DNA of 64,000 nucleotides, from the NCBI RefSeq assembly GCF_963921235.1, contig NC_086097.1, forward strand, positions 2,914,001 to 2,978,000. The letters are read 5' to 3'. This document shows, one piece after another, positions 1 to 13,438 of the stretch. The translations under genes and the position numbers were made by a program. This DNA is from Mobula hypostoma (Eukaryota). Within the stretch, counting starts at the first letter, position 1. Each line of letters opens with the position of its first letter. The notes beneath the pieces are model-generated. The model was not told the origin of the DNA, made no database searches, and worked only from the letters and a program-made list of their open reading frames with translations.

Positions 1-371
1 GACTGGAAGGGTTTGTTCCAAACTATATTTGTAAATAAAAATAAAATAAAATAGAATCTTCTCTGCACCATCAGAATGCAGTTCAATCTTTCTAGTAATG
101 TGATATTGGACTCTTGCTTTACTTGTGGTCTGACTGATGTTAGATGCTGAGCAAACATTATTTCTTTATTCATATATTTTGTTTAAAGTAGGGAAATATG
201 CCTCTTAAAGCACCTTAGTGACTTGTTCTCCAATTTCTCAGGGTCTATAAGCATACACTCCAAGGTCACTTCGATTTGCTACAAGTGTATATGCAAGTCC
301 GAACTATTACCACTTGTTTACTGCAATTTTTGGATCTAATTTGCTTCTTTCATTAAACCTATCTTTTATAT

Positions 372-1420
372 ACGTTAGTGTGACACTATTACAGCTTGGG
401 GCATTGGAGTTCAAAGTTTATATCCTGCTGCTGTCTGTAAGGAGTTTGTACATTCTCACCTTGATTGTGTGTGTTTCCTCCCACAGTCCAAAGACATACC
501 AACTGGTCATTGTAAATTGTCCTGTGATTGGGCTAGTGTTAAATTGCTGGATGGCGCAGGTCGTTGTAAATTGTCCTGTGATTGGGCTAGTGTTAAATTG
601 CTGGATGGCGTGGGTCGTTGTAAATTGTCCTGTGATTGGGCTAGTGTTAAATTGCTGGATGGCGCGGGTCGTTGTAAATTGTCCTGTGATTGGGCTAGTG
701 TTAAATTGCTGGATGGTGCGGGTTGTTGTAAATTGTCCTGTGATTGGGCTAGTGTTAAATTGCTGGATGGCGCGGGTCGTTGTAAATTGTCCTGTGATTG
801 GGCTAGTGTTAAATTGCTGGATGGTGCGGGTTGTTGTAAATTGTCCTGTGATTGGGCTAGTGTTAAATTGCTGGAAGGTGCGGGTCGTTGTAAATTGTCC
901 TGTGATTGGGCTAGTGTTAAATTGCTGGATGGCGCGGGTCATTGTAAATTGTCCTGTGATTGGGCTAGTGTTAAATTGCTGGATGGCGCGGGTCGTTGTA
1001 AATTGTCCTGTGATTGGGCTAGTGTTAAATTGCTGGATGGTGCGGGTTGTTGTAAATTATCCTGTGATTGGGCTAGTGTTAAATTGCTGGATGGCGCGGG
1101 TCGTTGTAAATTGTGCTGTGATTGGGCTAGTGTTAAATTGCTGGATGGCGCGGGTCGTTGTAAATTGTCCTGTGATTGGGCTAGTGTTAAATTGCTGGAT
1201 GGCGCGGGTCGTTGTAAATTGTCCTGTGATTGGGCTAGTGTTAAATTGCTGGATGGCGCGGGTTGTTGTAAATTGTCCTGTGATTGGGCTAGTGTTAAAT
1301 TGCTGGATGGCGCGGGTCGTTGTAAATTGTCCTGTGATTGGGCTAGTGTTAAATTGCTGGAAGGTGCAGGTTGTTGGGCTGGAAGGGCCTGTTCTGTGCT
1401 TTATGTCTAAATAAAATAAT
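372..1420 (+). mobile_element. V-SINE (HE1-like) copy with internal minisatellite expansion
   Basis: ctgtctgtaaggagtttgtacattctc...tttcctcccacagtccaaagac V-domain-like core and taaataaaata tail; related copies near 13255-13790, 26450-26715, 30115-30310, 31385-31600. Confidence 0.7.
506..1369. repeat. 54-bp minisatellite, 16 units
   Basis: Unit gtcgttgtaaattgtcctgtgattgggctagtgttaaattgctggatggcgcgg repeated 16 times; explains the periodic 18-aa ORFs. Confidence 0.95.
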
Positions 1421-1880
1421 TTAAATACTTTATATTACTCAGATGGAAACGGGTTGGAGATCTAATTTTAATTGTTTTTCAACATATTCCATCTTACCTT
1501 GTGATTCTGCAATCTATCAAAAACAAATTTATGTTGAGCAATCCATAAATTATTTTCCAGCAAACACACGTGTTTGTATTTTAAATGTGTATGTATTTGG
1601 AATATACACGTATTTTGAAAACATTTATGTAATGAAATGGAATGAATCACCAAATGGGTTAATAAAAAGGGAATTGGCAGCTAAGAATGTTTTGTAGATG
1701 AAACCGAATTGTTTGTTAGAATGGACTTTTTTCCTTTTGAATCTAGAATAACTTTCATGATTTAAAATATACACAGATCAAGATTTGTTATGAATAAATT
1801 AATTGTTCAGTTAAATGAAATTGTCACTGAATGATGAATTTTGTTTTTAATAATGTGATTATTTTAAATATCTTTCATAG

Positions 1881-1936
1881 TGTACCATTGTCAGTTGTTG
1901 GAAAGTCTTATGAAATACAAACAAGAAGTGTGGAAA
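1881..1936 (+). CDS. UNC79: UNC79 coding exon (first in window; upstream exons outside window)
   Basis: tctttcatag|TGTACCAT...TGGAAA|gtaagt; translates (V)YHCQLLESLMKYKQEVWK, matching the vertebrate UNC79 N-terminal region; ends in phase 0, joining the exon at 8885. Confidence 0.92.
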
Positions 1937-2999
1937 GTAAGTAATGTTACAAGAAGCAGAATATCAACATCAGTTAATGACTGTAAATGTGTGTGACAAA
2001 TGTTGAACAAAGTAAGTGGGAACTGGAGACAAAATGTACTTGGTGTAATATAATGGAAGCTGCTGACTTTCAGGAATGTTCAAAATAAATTTCTTATCAA
2101 AGTACAAACTGTATATGTCAACATATACGACCTTGAGATTCACTTTCTTGCAGGCGTTCATAGTAAATCCAAGAAACATAATGGAATCATTGAAAGACCG
2201 CACCAACAGGATGGAGAAACAACCAACGTGCAAAGGACATCAAACTGTGCAAATACAAAATAACCAAAATAATAAAAAAATAAATAAGCAATAAATATCG
2301 AGAACATAAGATGAAGGGTCCTTGAAAGTGAGTCCATAGCTTGTGGGAACAGTTTAGTGTTGGAGTGAGTGAAGTTGAGAGAATGCAAGTTCCTGTCCAG
2401 AAAATTGAGTACAAAAGGTTGAGATTGTATTATTGAGTGAGTGCTGTGCTGCTTTCAGAGGTGCCATCTTACAGATTCAATGTTAAACAGGCTTATTCAT
2501 CAAGCAAATATAGTGAATTGCAGTTAACTGGGCCATTGATTAATTGAGGCAGCCACTTATTTGGGCCAACTCGGCTATTTTCTCAATTAATTCACGAGGC
2601 AGGAGACTGTTACCAAACAGTTTCTAACTGGCATCAGCTGCATGCACTTGTGTGGCCATTTGGCACTACACTGTGCTAAGAGTGAATAGTTTTTAAATAG
2701 CATCATTTATGTGTGCTTGTGTTATGTTATCCATTTAGGCCGATGGAAGTAGATTCAAAAAGCAATGATTTTGAACATTTTGTTTTTTATTATTACTTTA
2801 AAATGTTGTTCGTTTACACTCAATCAAAAGAACATGGCAGTGTACTCTGGGTGAATTAATGGTTGATAATAATTAGTAACAAATGCACAGTTTTATAGTA
2901 TTGGTCGTTTTCTAATTTGTTCTGTATTTCATTTAGTTTGTCTTTTTTTATACCTTTTTAACTATTTAACATCACCTCTTATAAAGTTACATTTTATAA

Positions 3000-4975
3000 A
3001 GTTAGGTGCCAGCAGGGCTTCATTTCCAGCTGAGCTCAATGCCTTCTGTGCTCACTTCGACCATCAAAACACGAAGGAACCATTATGGCCTCCTACAGCC
3101 TCCAATAATCCTGTGATTTGTGTCTCTGAGGCCGTCATGCAAGCAGCCTTCGGGAAGGTGAACCCATGTAAAGTATTTAGCTCAGATGGAGTACTGAGCC
3201 AGGTACTAAATACCTGTGCTGATCAACTGGGCGGAGTGTACTGAGCCAGGTACTAAATACCTGTGCTGATCAACTGGGTGGAGTGTACTGAGCCAGGTAC
3301 TAAATACCTGTGCTGATCAACTGGGTGGAGTGTACTGAGCCAAGTACTAAATACCTGTGCTGATCAACTGGGTGGAGTGTACTGAGCCAGGTACTAAATA
3401 CCTGTGCTGATCAACTGGGTGGAGTGTACTGAGCCAGGTACTAAATACCTGTGCTGATCAACTGGGTGGAGTGTACTGAGCCAAGTACTAAATACCTGTG
3501 CTGATCAACTGGGTGGAGTGTTCACTGAGATCTTCGATCTCTCACCTTGGCAGTGTGTTGTATTCACCTTCTTGAAACAGGCTTCAATTATACCGGTACC
3601 TAAGAAGAACGTGGCAAGCTGCCTTAATGACTATCGTCTAGTAGCACCTGCATCCACAGTGATGAAGTTTTTGAGAGGTTGGTGATGAAACATGCCTGAG
3701 AAGTGACTTAGATTCATTCTAATGTGAATACTGGAGCAACAGGTCCACAGCAGATGCCATTTCATTGGATCTTTACTCAACCCTGGAACATCTGGACAGT
3801 AAAGGTCAGGATGCTCTATATCAACTACAGCTCAGCATTTAATACCATCATCCCCTCAAAAGTAATCAATAAGCTCCAAGACCTTGGCGTCAATACCTCC
3901 TTGTGCAATCGGATCTTCAATTTCCTCATATGCAGATCTTAGTTAGGATTGGCAATAACATCTCCACGTTCTTCCCCAGCACAGGTACACCACAAGGCTG
4001 TGTGCTTAGTCTCCTGCTTTACTTGTTTTGTCCTTGTGACTGTGTGGCTAAGCACTGTTGTGGGCCATATCAAAGGGAGATTGAAAATCTGGCTGACTGG
4101 TGCGATAACAACAACTTTTTACTCAGTGTCAGCTACACCAAGGAGCTGAAGCAGGAAACCAGAGCCAGTCGTCATTGGTGGATCAGAGGTGGAGAGGGTC
4201 AGCAACTTCAAGTTGCTCTGTGCTATTATTTCAGGGGGCCTGTCCGGGGCCCAGCAGATAGATGGATTTACAAAGAAGTCATGGCAATGCCTCTACTTCA
4301 TTAGGAGTTTGTGAAAATTTGATGTGATATCTAAAACCTTGACAAACTTCTATAAATGTGTAGTGGAGAGTATATTGACTGTCTGCATCACAGACTGGTA
4401 TGGAAACCCCATTGCAATTAAATGGAAAATCATACAAAAAGTTGTGCATGTGGCTTAGTCCATCATGGATAAAGTCCTCTCCACTGCTGAGCACATCCAC
4501 ATGAAACGCTATCACAGGAAGTCAGCGTCCATCATTAGGAACACCCACTTCTTAGGGCATGCTCCCTTCTCACTGCTGTCATCAGGAAGGAGATACAGGA
4601 GCCTCAGGACTCACACCACCAGGTTCAGGAACAGTTATTACCCCTCAACCATCAGGCTCTTTAACCAAAGGGGATAATCTTACTCAACTTTACTTGCCCC
4701 ATCATTGAAATGTTCCCACAACTAATGGACTCACTTTCAAGGACTGTTCATCTGATGTTCCCAATATTAATTGCTTATTTATTTACTATAATTCTTTTGT
4801 GTTGTCTTTTGCACATCGGTTGTTTGTCTATCTGTTGGGGGCAGTCTTTCATTGATTCTGGTGTTATTATTCTATGGATTTATTGAGCGTGTCCACAAGA
4901 AAATGTATCTCTGGTTGTATATGGTAACATATGTACAGTACATTGATAAAAACCTACTTTGAATTTTGAACCTTA
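3000..4975 (+). mobile_element. Rex1/Babar non-LTR retrotransposon, 5'-truncated and decayed
   Basis: Frameshifted RT motifs ([27 protein letters not shown]) and Rex1-type C-terminus (SGRRYRSLRTHTTRFRNSYYPSTIRL). Confidence 0.8.
3191..3519. repeat. 47-bp minisatellite, 7 units, inside Rex1 RT region
   Basis: Unit gtactgagccaggtactaaatacctgtgctgatcaactgggtggagt at 3191, 3238, 3285, 3332, 3379, 3426, 3473. Confidence 0.95.
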
Positions 4976-6964
4976 TTTCCATAAAACTTCTGCGAATTGC
5001 GACATCCAGTTAATTGGTCCAACATGTACTGGTCTTGATGTATCCCAATTAAATGGAATCCACTGAACTTAGAAAAGAGTCAATAATTATCACTTGTGAC
5101 TTAACCAATATTTGTACCCAAATGACATTCACTTAAATATCATTGACATTAGTGTTATGATTATAGGTTATTCATTATGAGATAAGAATATCGCATTAAG
5201 GAAATTCGTTTGCATTGGGCTAGATCCAGTTAACATCGCTGACCTTTCTTCCTATGTAATGGAGATGTTCACTGTTGAACGCATGCTGTTCTGTGCAGTT
5301 CTCTGTTGATAAATCAGGTTGTGCTTACATATATCAAAGATTTGAACAGCATTTAAAATTGGGCAAATTAAACATGAGTAAATTCCAAGCCAACTTGACT
5401 TGGAACTATGTTGCTGCTTCATCAAAGTTACTGAACAAAAATCTTAGAATTCCTTCACCTCACAGCACCATGAGAGGACTTTCAAACTGTTACAACTCAT
5501 GACCGCTTGGATAGACAGTTAACATATGATAGCCCTGCAGAATAGGTGATGATCCTGATGTTTGACTTATTCCATAGAAGAATTGAGAACGGTTTTATTG
5601 TTTTAATTTATAATTTATTTAGATCAGACAGAATTTCATGTCAGGAAAATTTAAGATTTATAGTAAATTGCAGTTGAAATCTGCTTCTGGCTAGGTACCC
5701 ATTTTCCTTTCAAAGTTGATTCCAAAATGGATGCCAAAACAAAAGTTTGGCTTTTATACTCACTGGTCACTCAGTTGATTGTATAGAATGCTGCTGTAAC
5801 GAAGCAAGGGGGAAGTAAGTGTTGGTATTCTGCACCAGCACCATTAAAATATAAAATATTGTATTTTGTTTTTGAACAATTGATCAGACATATTATCCAA
5901 GCATGTATACCACATGCAATCTTGAGATTCATCTTCTTGATTTGTTATTTCAGCAAAAATTTAAGTGGTTTGACTTCTATATCATCTAGGTTATGCCTAT
6001 TTAAAGCTTATTTTCACAAGATTAACAGTTCCAGAATTTTGTTAGTTAACAGTTAACAGATTAACAGTTCCAGAATTTTGTTTTGTCCCCACCACCAATA
6101 GAGAGAGTGAGAAATACGCTGACTACACAGCCTCTGACAGCTGATCTACGGTTTCCGATGTCCTGTTCTCTCCCACAATGCTTCAGTCGGCAGTATCGCC
6201 TTAGAATCAGCACGTCCACCTCACAGCCAACTGACTCTCATCTTGTTTCCTTTTTCTTTCCTTCATTTACCGAACTTGCTCTTCAGCGTTTGCAATGGAA
6301 TTTCTTCAATTACTGTGTTTCATTTGGAGAAGCTTCACTTAAATGCTCCTATCCCTTACAGCATGAGACCTGTTGCCAATCTCAGGTTCCCTATTATTGC
6401 TTCATGGTCAGGCATGAAATAGTTTTGATTTGTAATTTTATAATTCTCTTTTATAATTTGGAGCACAGGCATTAAAATTTCCTGTAATTTTTTCTGCATC
6501 GGCAGTGACCCAGCATTAATTTTACAATATAGCTAAGATTCTATGAACAGCTCTAATGATGTATTTGAATTAATGAAAACCCCCTGACTTTAAAAACCCA
6601 GTCATCTGATTCTGCAGGCACAGCTGTTCCATCAGGGCTGCAGGCATTTTAATGCTCTGTGTTTGTTTGAGCTATCTCTTGGGTATTGCAGTTTTTAAAA
6701 AAAACTCAGCCATCTGATCCTGCTGACAGGATGACTCTATGAAGCCTGCAGGCACTTAGTACTGTGTCGATGTTAGCTTCGAGGCTTCACCGTTAATTTT
6801 ACAAAAATGTAAATTAAAAATACTTCTTGCAAGGGAGATTTAAATAAAATAATAGCGGGCCATGTCATTAAACTGTTCTTTGAAATAAAATTGTTCACAA
6901 ATACCATTCTTTTTCCTTCTTTTGTGTATTGTATTATATTGAGAGTTTCCATCAATCAGAGTTG

Positions 6965-7520
6965 ACCATAGGTATTGCATCCTAGCTGTCTGGATACGCA
7001 AGCCTGGGCAGTACAATATGGCAAGCAAGCAGTTGGCCATGCAGCAAGCTTCCCCTCTCCACGCATCTGACGAACCCAAAAGAACAGCGGAGACCGATAC
7101 ACTTTGGTACTAGCAGTGTTGCAGTTATCAGTCAGCATTGAACTCGATGTAGGACTGACTTAGGGACTCCAGCTCTGGACTTTTCCCTCGGGGTTTACTC
7201 CTGAATCCTTCCCCATGAGTGGGTGTAGCCACAAGGCAGCGGAGGTTTGAGGTCAGAGTTTTCCTTCTCCAAGATAGGCTGCCAAACACAGCTGACAAGC
7301 CCCATCTGCCGAAGCTACTGGTTTAAAGGCGCTGGTAACTTGCCTTTGCCTCTTCTCCTGTCAGTAGGAACTCCTGTCAGGAGCTGGACTTGGTTGTCGG
7401 AGGCTATTTGAGATGTACGCTATTGGGAGCATTTAATAGGTAGTGGGAGCTTGTCCCCATTATCACCCCCCTCCCCCCACCGCCCCTCCACCCCCGGGCT
7501 ATAATAACTTAAAGAACCAA
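6965..7520 (-). repeat. Unclassified ~550-bp interspersed repeat (other copies at 21250-21802 and, inverted and split by a CR1, 42351-46060)
   Basis: Colinear similarity among three copies, e.g. ttgggagcatttaataggtagtgggagcttgtccccatt; no coding motif seen; orientation tentative. Confidence 0.7.
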
Positions 7521-8884
7521 GTAATATTTAATTGCATGCTGAATATTGTCACATGTAAAATAGCCTGTTATTGTGAGGGAGTTAAATTAATATCAGCAGA
7601 CAATTACCTCAGGTGCATCACTAATTACTGCTGATCAAGCTGTGTGCAACTTGGTCAGACTTATTCAGTATTGTTTTCACCTTTCAAATATGTTAGATTT
7701 GGAAGGCTTCTTATTTTTAGGTAGCAATTTTTAAGCTTGCATGTAGTTTTTATTTGAAGTGAATGTCTCTGTAGATTGAAAAACCACCATTTAAATCAAA
7801 TCAAATCACTATCAAATATGAGGCTGTTCTAATAATGTTTCTTTTATGAGTCTCATTAAACCATCCTCTTTAAAGACCAATAGAGAGTGCCCTTGCAAAT
7901 CAGTGAATTCTATTCATAAATATTCAGTATAAAAATACTCTTGTGACCACTGCACAGAATGTTATTAAGTTTTGAGTGTGGATGTGATTGTGAGTGCAAG
8001 TAAGTTGCCTTAAACTTTTATCATAAAATAAATGTACTGAACATTAATGATTCAAGTTTTAAGAATGGACATATCGGAATCAGAATCGGGTTTAATATCT
8101 CATAACTAATAAATTGATCCAAGGCTAATGGAGACCATGGGTAGCATGAGTTCCTTCCTGCCTCACACCTGCCAACATCTCTGCTGTCTCTCATGAGCCA
8201 TGCACTTCCTCTGTTAGCAACCCCTTTAGCATAAAAGCTATTACTGATTCACTTCTGAGTGGCTTTACAGATTACTGCTTAGTATGCTTTCCTGTTCCAC
8301 TTGCTTGTCACAGCAATAGACCTGTATCTCTACCAACACTGAAAAGTAGCCTCAGTCAAACCAAAGTTCAGTGCTCATAGTAAGATCTCCACGTCACCAC
8401 ATGCAACCATGAGATCCTTTTTCCTGTGGGCATACTTAACCGATCTATAGAATAGTAACAGTAAACAGGATCAATGAATAACAAATGGGTGCAAATGCAA
8501 ATATAAATAAATAAATAGCATTAAATAACAAGTGTGAAACAACATGAAATGAAAGAGCATGAAGTAACAAGATAAAGATTAAAGAGAGACCATCGGTTGT
8601 GATGGTTGCGAGGTAGTAATTGGTCTTAATCCTGATGGTGCGAGTCCTGAGGCTCATGTACCTTCTACCCGAAGGCAACAGCGAGAGAAGAGCATGGCTA
8701 TAATTATAGATATAATTAAGCACTCGGTTCCTGAAAAATGCAGTAAAAGATGGCTGATAAATTAATGATACTGAAGTTTGGTATTTATATTACATATGGA
8801 TTGACTTTATATTGACATAAATTTATCCTTGATTACATGCATCTAGGTAACAGAATATAAAGTGTTTGTTTCTCTGTTATTTAG

Positions 8885-9014
8885 GACTTGTTGTACGTGA
8901 TAGCATATGGTCCATCTCAAGTGAAGCCGCCAGCTGTTCAAATGCTTTTCCACTATTGGCCCAATTTAAAGCCGCCAGGTGCTATATGTGAATACCGGGG
9001 TCTACAGTACACAG
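8885..9014 (+). CDS. UNC79: UNC79 coding exon
   Basis: ttag|GACTTG...ACAG|gtatga; DLLYVIAYGPSQVKPPAVQMLFHYWPNLKPPGAICEYRGLQYT; 130 bp, ends phase 1. Confidence 0.96.
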
Positions 9015-9369
9015 GTATGAGAGTTTAAGTGTGCGCTTAAACACATATCTACATGATATATTTTGAAGAATTTCTTGAAAACAGTTATCAACTCAAACAT
9101 GATGTAATTTGGTTTTGCTTTCTTATTATTTAATATTTCTTATAACAGACAAATGAAAAGTGTGACAAAGAGGTCTTGTGTTTTTTGCTCCACTGAGCCA
9201 GTTCCAAAACACCCTTGTTGCTTCTGTGATCACTAACTATAGCCACCAGTGCAGAATGAATTGTCTGAAATTTTATGAAAACAAATGAATTGAAACACAC
9301 ATCTTCCCATAGAAGTTGAGTGACGGAATAATGTCATGTCTTCTGTGCCACTTGCACATAGCTCTCATT

Positions 9370-11850
9370 TCCATAAGACCATAAGATATAGGAGCAGAAT
9401 CAGGCCATTTGGCCCATCGAGTCTGACCTGTCATTTCATCAAGGCCTATCTAATTTTTCTCTCAGCCCCAATCTCCTGATTTCTCCCCATATCCCTTCGT
9501 GCCCTGACCAGTCAAGAATCTTATCAACCTCTACATTAAATATATATAACGACTTGGCCTCCACAGCTGCCTGTGGCAAAAAATTCCACAGATTCACCAC
9601 TCACTGGCTGAAGAAATTCCTCCTCATCTCCATTCTAAAGGGACACCCCTCTATACTGAGGCTGTTCCCTCTGTTCTTTTTACTCTCTCATCATTGGAAA
9701 CATCCTCTCCACATTCACTGTATCAAGGCCTTTCTCCATTCGTTAAATTACAAGGAGGTCACTCTTTATTCTAATGAATTCTACCGAATACAGGCTCAGA
9801 GCCATCAAACGCTCATCATATGACAAGCTATTCAATCCTGGAATCATTTTCATGAACTTCCTTTGAACCCTCTCCAGTTTCAGCACACCCTTTCAAAGAT
9901 AAGGGGCCCAAACCTGCTCACAATACCCCAAGTGAGACCTCACCAGTGCTTTATAAAGTTTCAACATTCTATCCTTGCTTTTATATTCTAGTCCTCTTGA
10001 AATGAATGCTAATTTTGCAATTACCTTCCTCACCAACAAATTAACTTTCAGGGAATCCTGCACAAGTACTCCCAAGTCCCTTTGAACCTCAGTTATTTGT
10101 ATTTTCTCTCCATTTAGAAAATAGTCAACCCTTTCATTTCTTCTATCAAAGCCTATGACCGTACACTGCCTGACACTGTATTCCATCAGCCATTTCTTTG
10201 CCCATTCTCCTAATCTCTGTAGCCTCTCAACTTCCTCAGAACTACCGGCCCCCCCACCTATCTGCAATATTGTCTGCAAACTTTGCAACAAAGCCATCAA
10301 TTCCATCATCCAAATCATTGACAGAAAATTTAAAAGGAATTGTCCCTAACACAGAACCCTGTGGAACACCACTAGTCACCGGCAGTCAGTCAGAGAAGGC
10401 TCCCTTTATTTGGACTCTTTACCTCCTGCCAATTAGCCACTGCTTTATCCATATTAGAATCTTTCCTGTTATACCATGGGTTCATAGCTTGTTAAGCAGT
10501 CTCATGTGCGGCAGCTTGTCAAAGGCCTTTTGAAAATCCAGGTACACAACATAAACTGATTCCCTTGTCTATCCTGCTTGTTATTTCGTTGAAGAATTCC
10601 GACCGAATTGTCAGGCAAGATTTTTCCTTGAGGGAACCGTGCTGACTACAGTCTGTTTTGTCATGTACCTACAAGTACCCTGAGACTTCTGTCACTTACC
10701 CCGTGATGGGAATAAAGAACCAGCAGAGATGGAAAACACTTTGGAGTCCAGTATTGCTATTAAATAATAATATTTATTAGTAATTATGCAATACAGTAAT
10801 ATAAATGTAGATAAATCAAACCGGTTAGCAATAATTATATACAAGTAGGTAAATCAATAGGTGTGGAAATATATGAAAATCAAGCTTCTTCAAGTCTAGG
10901 GGTAAATAGATACAGTCTTATGATGATGAGTAAAGTTCAGTTCAGTTCATGGTATTGAGTTAAGTAGTGATGGAGAGAGAGAGGGAGAGATTTGAGCCTT
11001 CAGGTGAGCTGACCCCGTCGATCTTCTCGTTGTCTTTCGAAGTCCTTTAAAAGTCACCGACTGTGACCACAACAAAGGGGACCGGTTTTCTGTGGTGGAG
11101 CTATCAACCCAGGCAAGGGCGGACACATGGACAACTCCCCACTGGTCACTGCCTTTTCTTTTCACTGCAAGAGCGACTGATCGATCTGCCTGATTGATCC
11201 TCCAAAAACCCACTTTTTCTGCGGGCACAACAAAGCTCACTCAGTGTCCAAAATGTGTGCCTGAAGTCTATATCATCTGACCTCCTATTTATCTCACCGT
11301 ACTGAGTATCAACTGTTATTCAAATAACTCCTCCTTCCTTTCTCTGAGTAAGAAATATACAAGCAGGCAAATGTCCTTGGAAGTATAAACACGCTGCCGA
11401 AGAATCATAACATTGATTGTCCATCAAATAACGCCGCCCTCAGTCACCATAGCGACTTACGAGCTGCTCGGTTTCTCCAAATCAGCAGAAATCCAAAAGT
11501 TACTCCTAGTGCCTTAAAGTGTCAGTCCAAAATTTAGTCTTCATCTCTCTCTCTCTTTTCAAAACAAGATATCAGTGTTAAATATCTGTCTCTCTCTCTT
11601 TTCAAAAGCACAGTTCGTAGGAGTAATCGAGCACAGTTCATAGGGGTAATTCAGGACCCCGTCACACTTCATCCTCAATAATCGATTCCAACACCTTCCT
11701 AACCACTGAGGTCAGACTGACTGGCCTATAGTTTCCTTTCTTCTGCTTCTCTCCCTTCTTGAGGTGTGGAGTGACATTTGTGATTTTCCTGTCTTCCGGA
11801 ATCATTCCAGAATCTAGTGATTCTTGAAAGATCATTACATAGCTTTCCAC
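9370..11850 (-). mobile_element. CR1 LINE RT fragment interrupted by a solo LTR
   Basis: Minus-strand CR1 motifs (GNYRPVSLTSVV, QRDLGVLVQDSLKV, LYKALVR) and CR1-type 3' tail. Confidence 0.85.
10690..11666. mobile_element. Solo LTR (977 bp), 4-bp TSD CTTC
   Basis: TGTCAC...GTCACA termini, CTTC at 10686-10689 and 11667-11670; removing it restores the CR1 sequence (tgagacttc/atcctcaataatcgattcc). Confidence 0.8.
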
Positions 11851-12371
11851 AAATTTTCTACATAGCTCTCTAAAGTAAAAACTTACAGTGTAATTACCCC
11901 ATATACCCTAGTCTTAATTATCTTCTACTATAGAGAAATTGAGAGATTCTCCACTTTTTAATGAGATGTTTGTACACTCATAATCGAGAGCTAAACAGCA
12001 GTTCTTTATTCATTTAGTTGTATATCTGATCTATTATGTAATTTAAAATATTTAAAGTAAGCTAAAGACAGAATTAAAATGAACAAGAAAACACTTAGTT
12101 AAAAATGTAGAGTTAACTGCTGTTGATGCTGACAGCTTACTGACAGTCTTAAAGCAATGTTGCTTTTACTCTGAACACTAGAAAGTGTTCTACAATGACA
12201 GGTTCAAGAATATTTATAACAATTATTTACAATATAGTAAAACAAATGTTCATAATCAGTTGCAATAATGAACTTTGAGTATCTGTTAAGAATGTCTCAA
12301 CACTTTTCAGGAAAACATCACAATGATGAGATGCGTAAACTGGCATTTTATTTGTCTTAATTTTCCTTCAG

Positions 12372-12436
12372 CTTGGAATCCAATTCATTGTCAACATATT
12401 GAATGTCAGAATGCAATCAACAAGCCTGCTGTGAAG
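12372..12436 (+). CDS. UNC79: UNC79 coding exon
   Basis: ccttcag|CTTGG...GTGAAG|gtat; (A)WNPIHCQHIECQNAINKPAVK; 65 bp, phase 1 to 0. Confidence 0.95.
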
Positions 12437-12454
12437 GTATAATAGATTCTTTAT

Positions 12455-12685
12455 TCACTTACTTAAGCCCCTCACTCCGACTGGGCATAGGCTGCCGATA
12501 GCAGCTTGCCAGACTCCTCTGTCCTGGCCCAGTCTTTCTACTTGCCCCAGGTGTAATCCATCTTCAAAGATCCCTCCTGTCCCAGGGATGGAGCATCTGT
12601 TGGCGTTTCCGTAGCTTTGGACTTTTACGGGATGGGGTTTCTATCCCCATGCCAAGCCCTCCTCCTTTTACAGCCGGGTTAGTGA
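12455..12685 (-). mobile_element. Short bipartite RTE-derived non-autonomous element (similar design at 20440-20757, +)
   Basis: RTE-like 5'UTR motif (ggggatagaaaccccatcccgtaaaa) joined directly to an RTE-like 3' end (AQDRGVWQAAIGSLCP) with taagtaagt tail. Confidence 0.5.
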
Positions 12686-13064
12686 TAGTCCACTGTTAAT
12701 TCACTTTGAGGTTCTGTTTTGCCACCTGTACCATGGCAGCCATTTTCCAGAACAATTACTGGCCCTTTCCTGAATCTTAAATTTCTGTTCTAGTTGCCCC
12801 TTTGAATGGATGGCATCCCATGTTTATAGAATCTACCTCTTAATTCATCAACCCCAATCTGCAGAAGTTAAAAGAACTTATATCAAGGGAATATAAATAC
12901 AAGATTAATATAAGTGAGAAGAAAAAGCTTTTATATAGTGTTTGAGATTGTGTTATTTACCTCTGAACTTATTGATAAAAATACAGTTAAAAATATCTAT
13001 ATAATAAAAGAAAAGTAAAGTGACCTGGAAGTTCAGGAACTTAAAAGTTGCTATTCATTTCGAG

Positions 13065-13144
13065 CAGGAGTTCCCAGTCTGGGGTCCACCGACCCCTTAG
13101 TTAATGGTAGGGGTCAATGGTGTAAAAGAGGTTGGGAACTCATG
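13065..13144. mobile_element. ~80-bp hAT/Charlie-like MITE (other copies 21927-22005, 46437-46518, 60109-60188)
   Basis: CAGGGG(T)TCCCAA...TTGGGAACCCCTG terminal inverted repeats; the 60109 copy sits in an NTCTAGAN-like target. Confidence 0.7.
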
Positions 13145-13438
13145 ATTTTGAGGATGAACAATACTGTTTCCTATAGTATTTTGTAAATGCTTCTATGTAA
13201 CAATGATATTTAATGAAATCTTTAAAATACATATTTAACCATGTGTACCACGAAGGAGTAGCAGTTAGCACGATGCTATTTCAGTTTAGGGAGTTGGAGT
13301 TCGGAATTCATTTCAGGTGCTGTCTGTAAGGAATTTATAAGTTCTCCCCGTGACTGCATGGGTTTCCTCTGGGTGCTCTGTCTAAAGATGTACCAGTTCA
13401 TAGGTTAATTGGTCATTGTAAATTGTCCTGTGATTAGT

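Noticed and set aside
314..1414. Long Cys-rich repetitive ORFs in three frames
   Set aside because: By-product of a stop-free 54-bp minisatellite inside a SINE; no splice or homology support
506..3519. CRISPR-like appearance of the regular repeats
   Set aside because: Units are head-to-tail with no unique spacers, no cas genes, vertebrate intron context
6020..6083. 24-bp direct repeat gattaacagttccagaattttgtt
   Set aside because: Short local slippage duplication with no element between the copies
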